A DNA stretch of 63,227 bases, counting the filler, from Choristocarpus tenellus KU-1152 (Eukaryota; Protista; Phaeophyceae): NCBI GenBank assembly GCA_964200185.2. It is 11 parts of 11 records of this genome, joined end to end, with 100 filler letters (N's around TTAATTAATTAA, not from the genome) between each part and the next. Parts side by side here need not be neighbours in the genome. Positions count along the whole stretch, not along the records: positions 57,177 to 63,227 come from CAXNAD020009070.1; 10 more parts are not named here. One strand, given 5' to 3'. A program made the translations under genes and the position numbers. Within the stretch, counting starts at the first letter, position 1; each line of letters starts with the position of its first letter. This document shows positions 63,198 through 63,227 of this stretch, piece after piece. Under the pieces are notes generated by a model. It ran no database searches. It was not told the DNA's origin and was given only the letters and a program-made list of their open reading frames with translations.

Positions 63198-63227
63198 AAC
63201 AACACAAAAAAAAACAAAAAACACGAA

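Overview
This is eukaryotic nuclear DNA from a photosynthetic ochrophyte, probably a brown alga or close relative. The evidence is intron-rich genes, bipartite plastid-targeting presequences on a VDL gene and an LHC gene, and TTAGGG tracts. The window is not contiguous: it is 11 small contigs joined by artificial 100-nt spacers (44 N + TTAATTAATTAA + 44 N), so adjacency across spacers means nothing. By hand-splicing GT-AG exons in phase I reconstruct six host genes: a violaxanthin de-epoxidase-like gene (VDL1-type, 6 exons, 3'-truncated), a complete 3-exon Lhcr-type light-harvesting gene, the 3' end of an EngB/YihA-family GTPase, a partial VHL-beta-domain gene, a 7-exon uncharacterised gene with an intronic tRNA-Ala(AGC), and a Gly/Lys-rich gene 3' end. 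The rest is transposon debris. It includes two copia relics, a chromodomain gypsy relic, a CRE-like non-LTR RT fragment, solo LTRs and a possible KDZ/CxC transposase fossil. A ~258-bp MITE with GAG...CTC termini and variable 4-bp TSDs (Sola2-like) is present in 11 full, partial or variant copies, along with a related poly-G family. One locus is a four-level nested insertion whose history can be read from its TSDs. I found no convincing novel multi-gene system. The best leads are the Sola2-like MITE pair, the nested stack and the KDZ-like fossil with its adjacent repeat array. All family assignments come from recalled motifs, not database searches.
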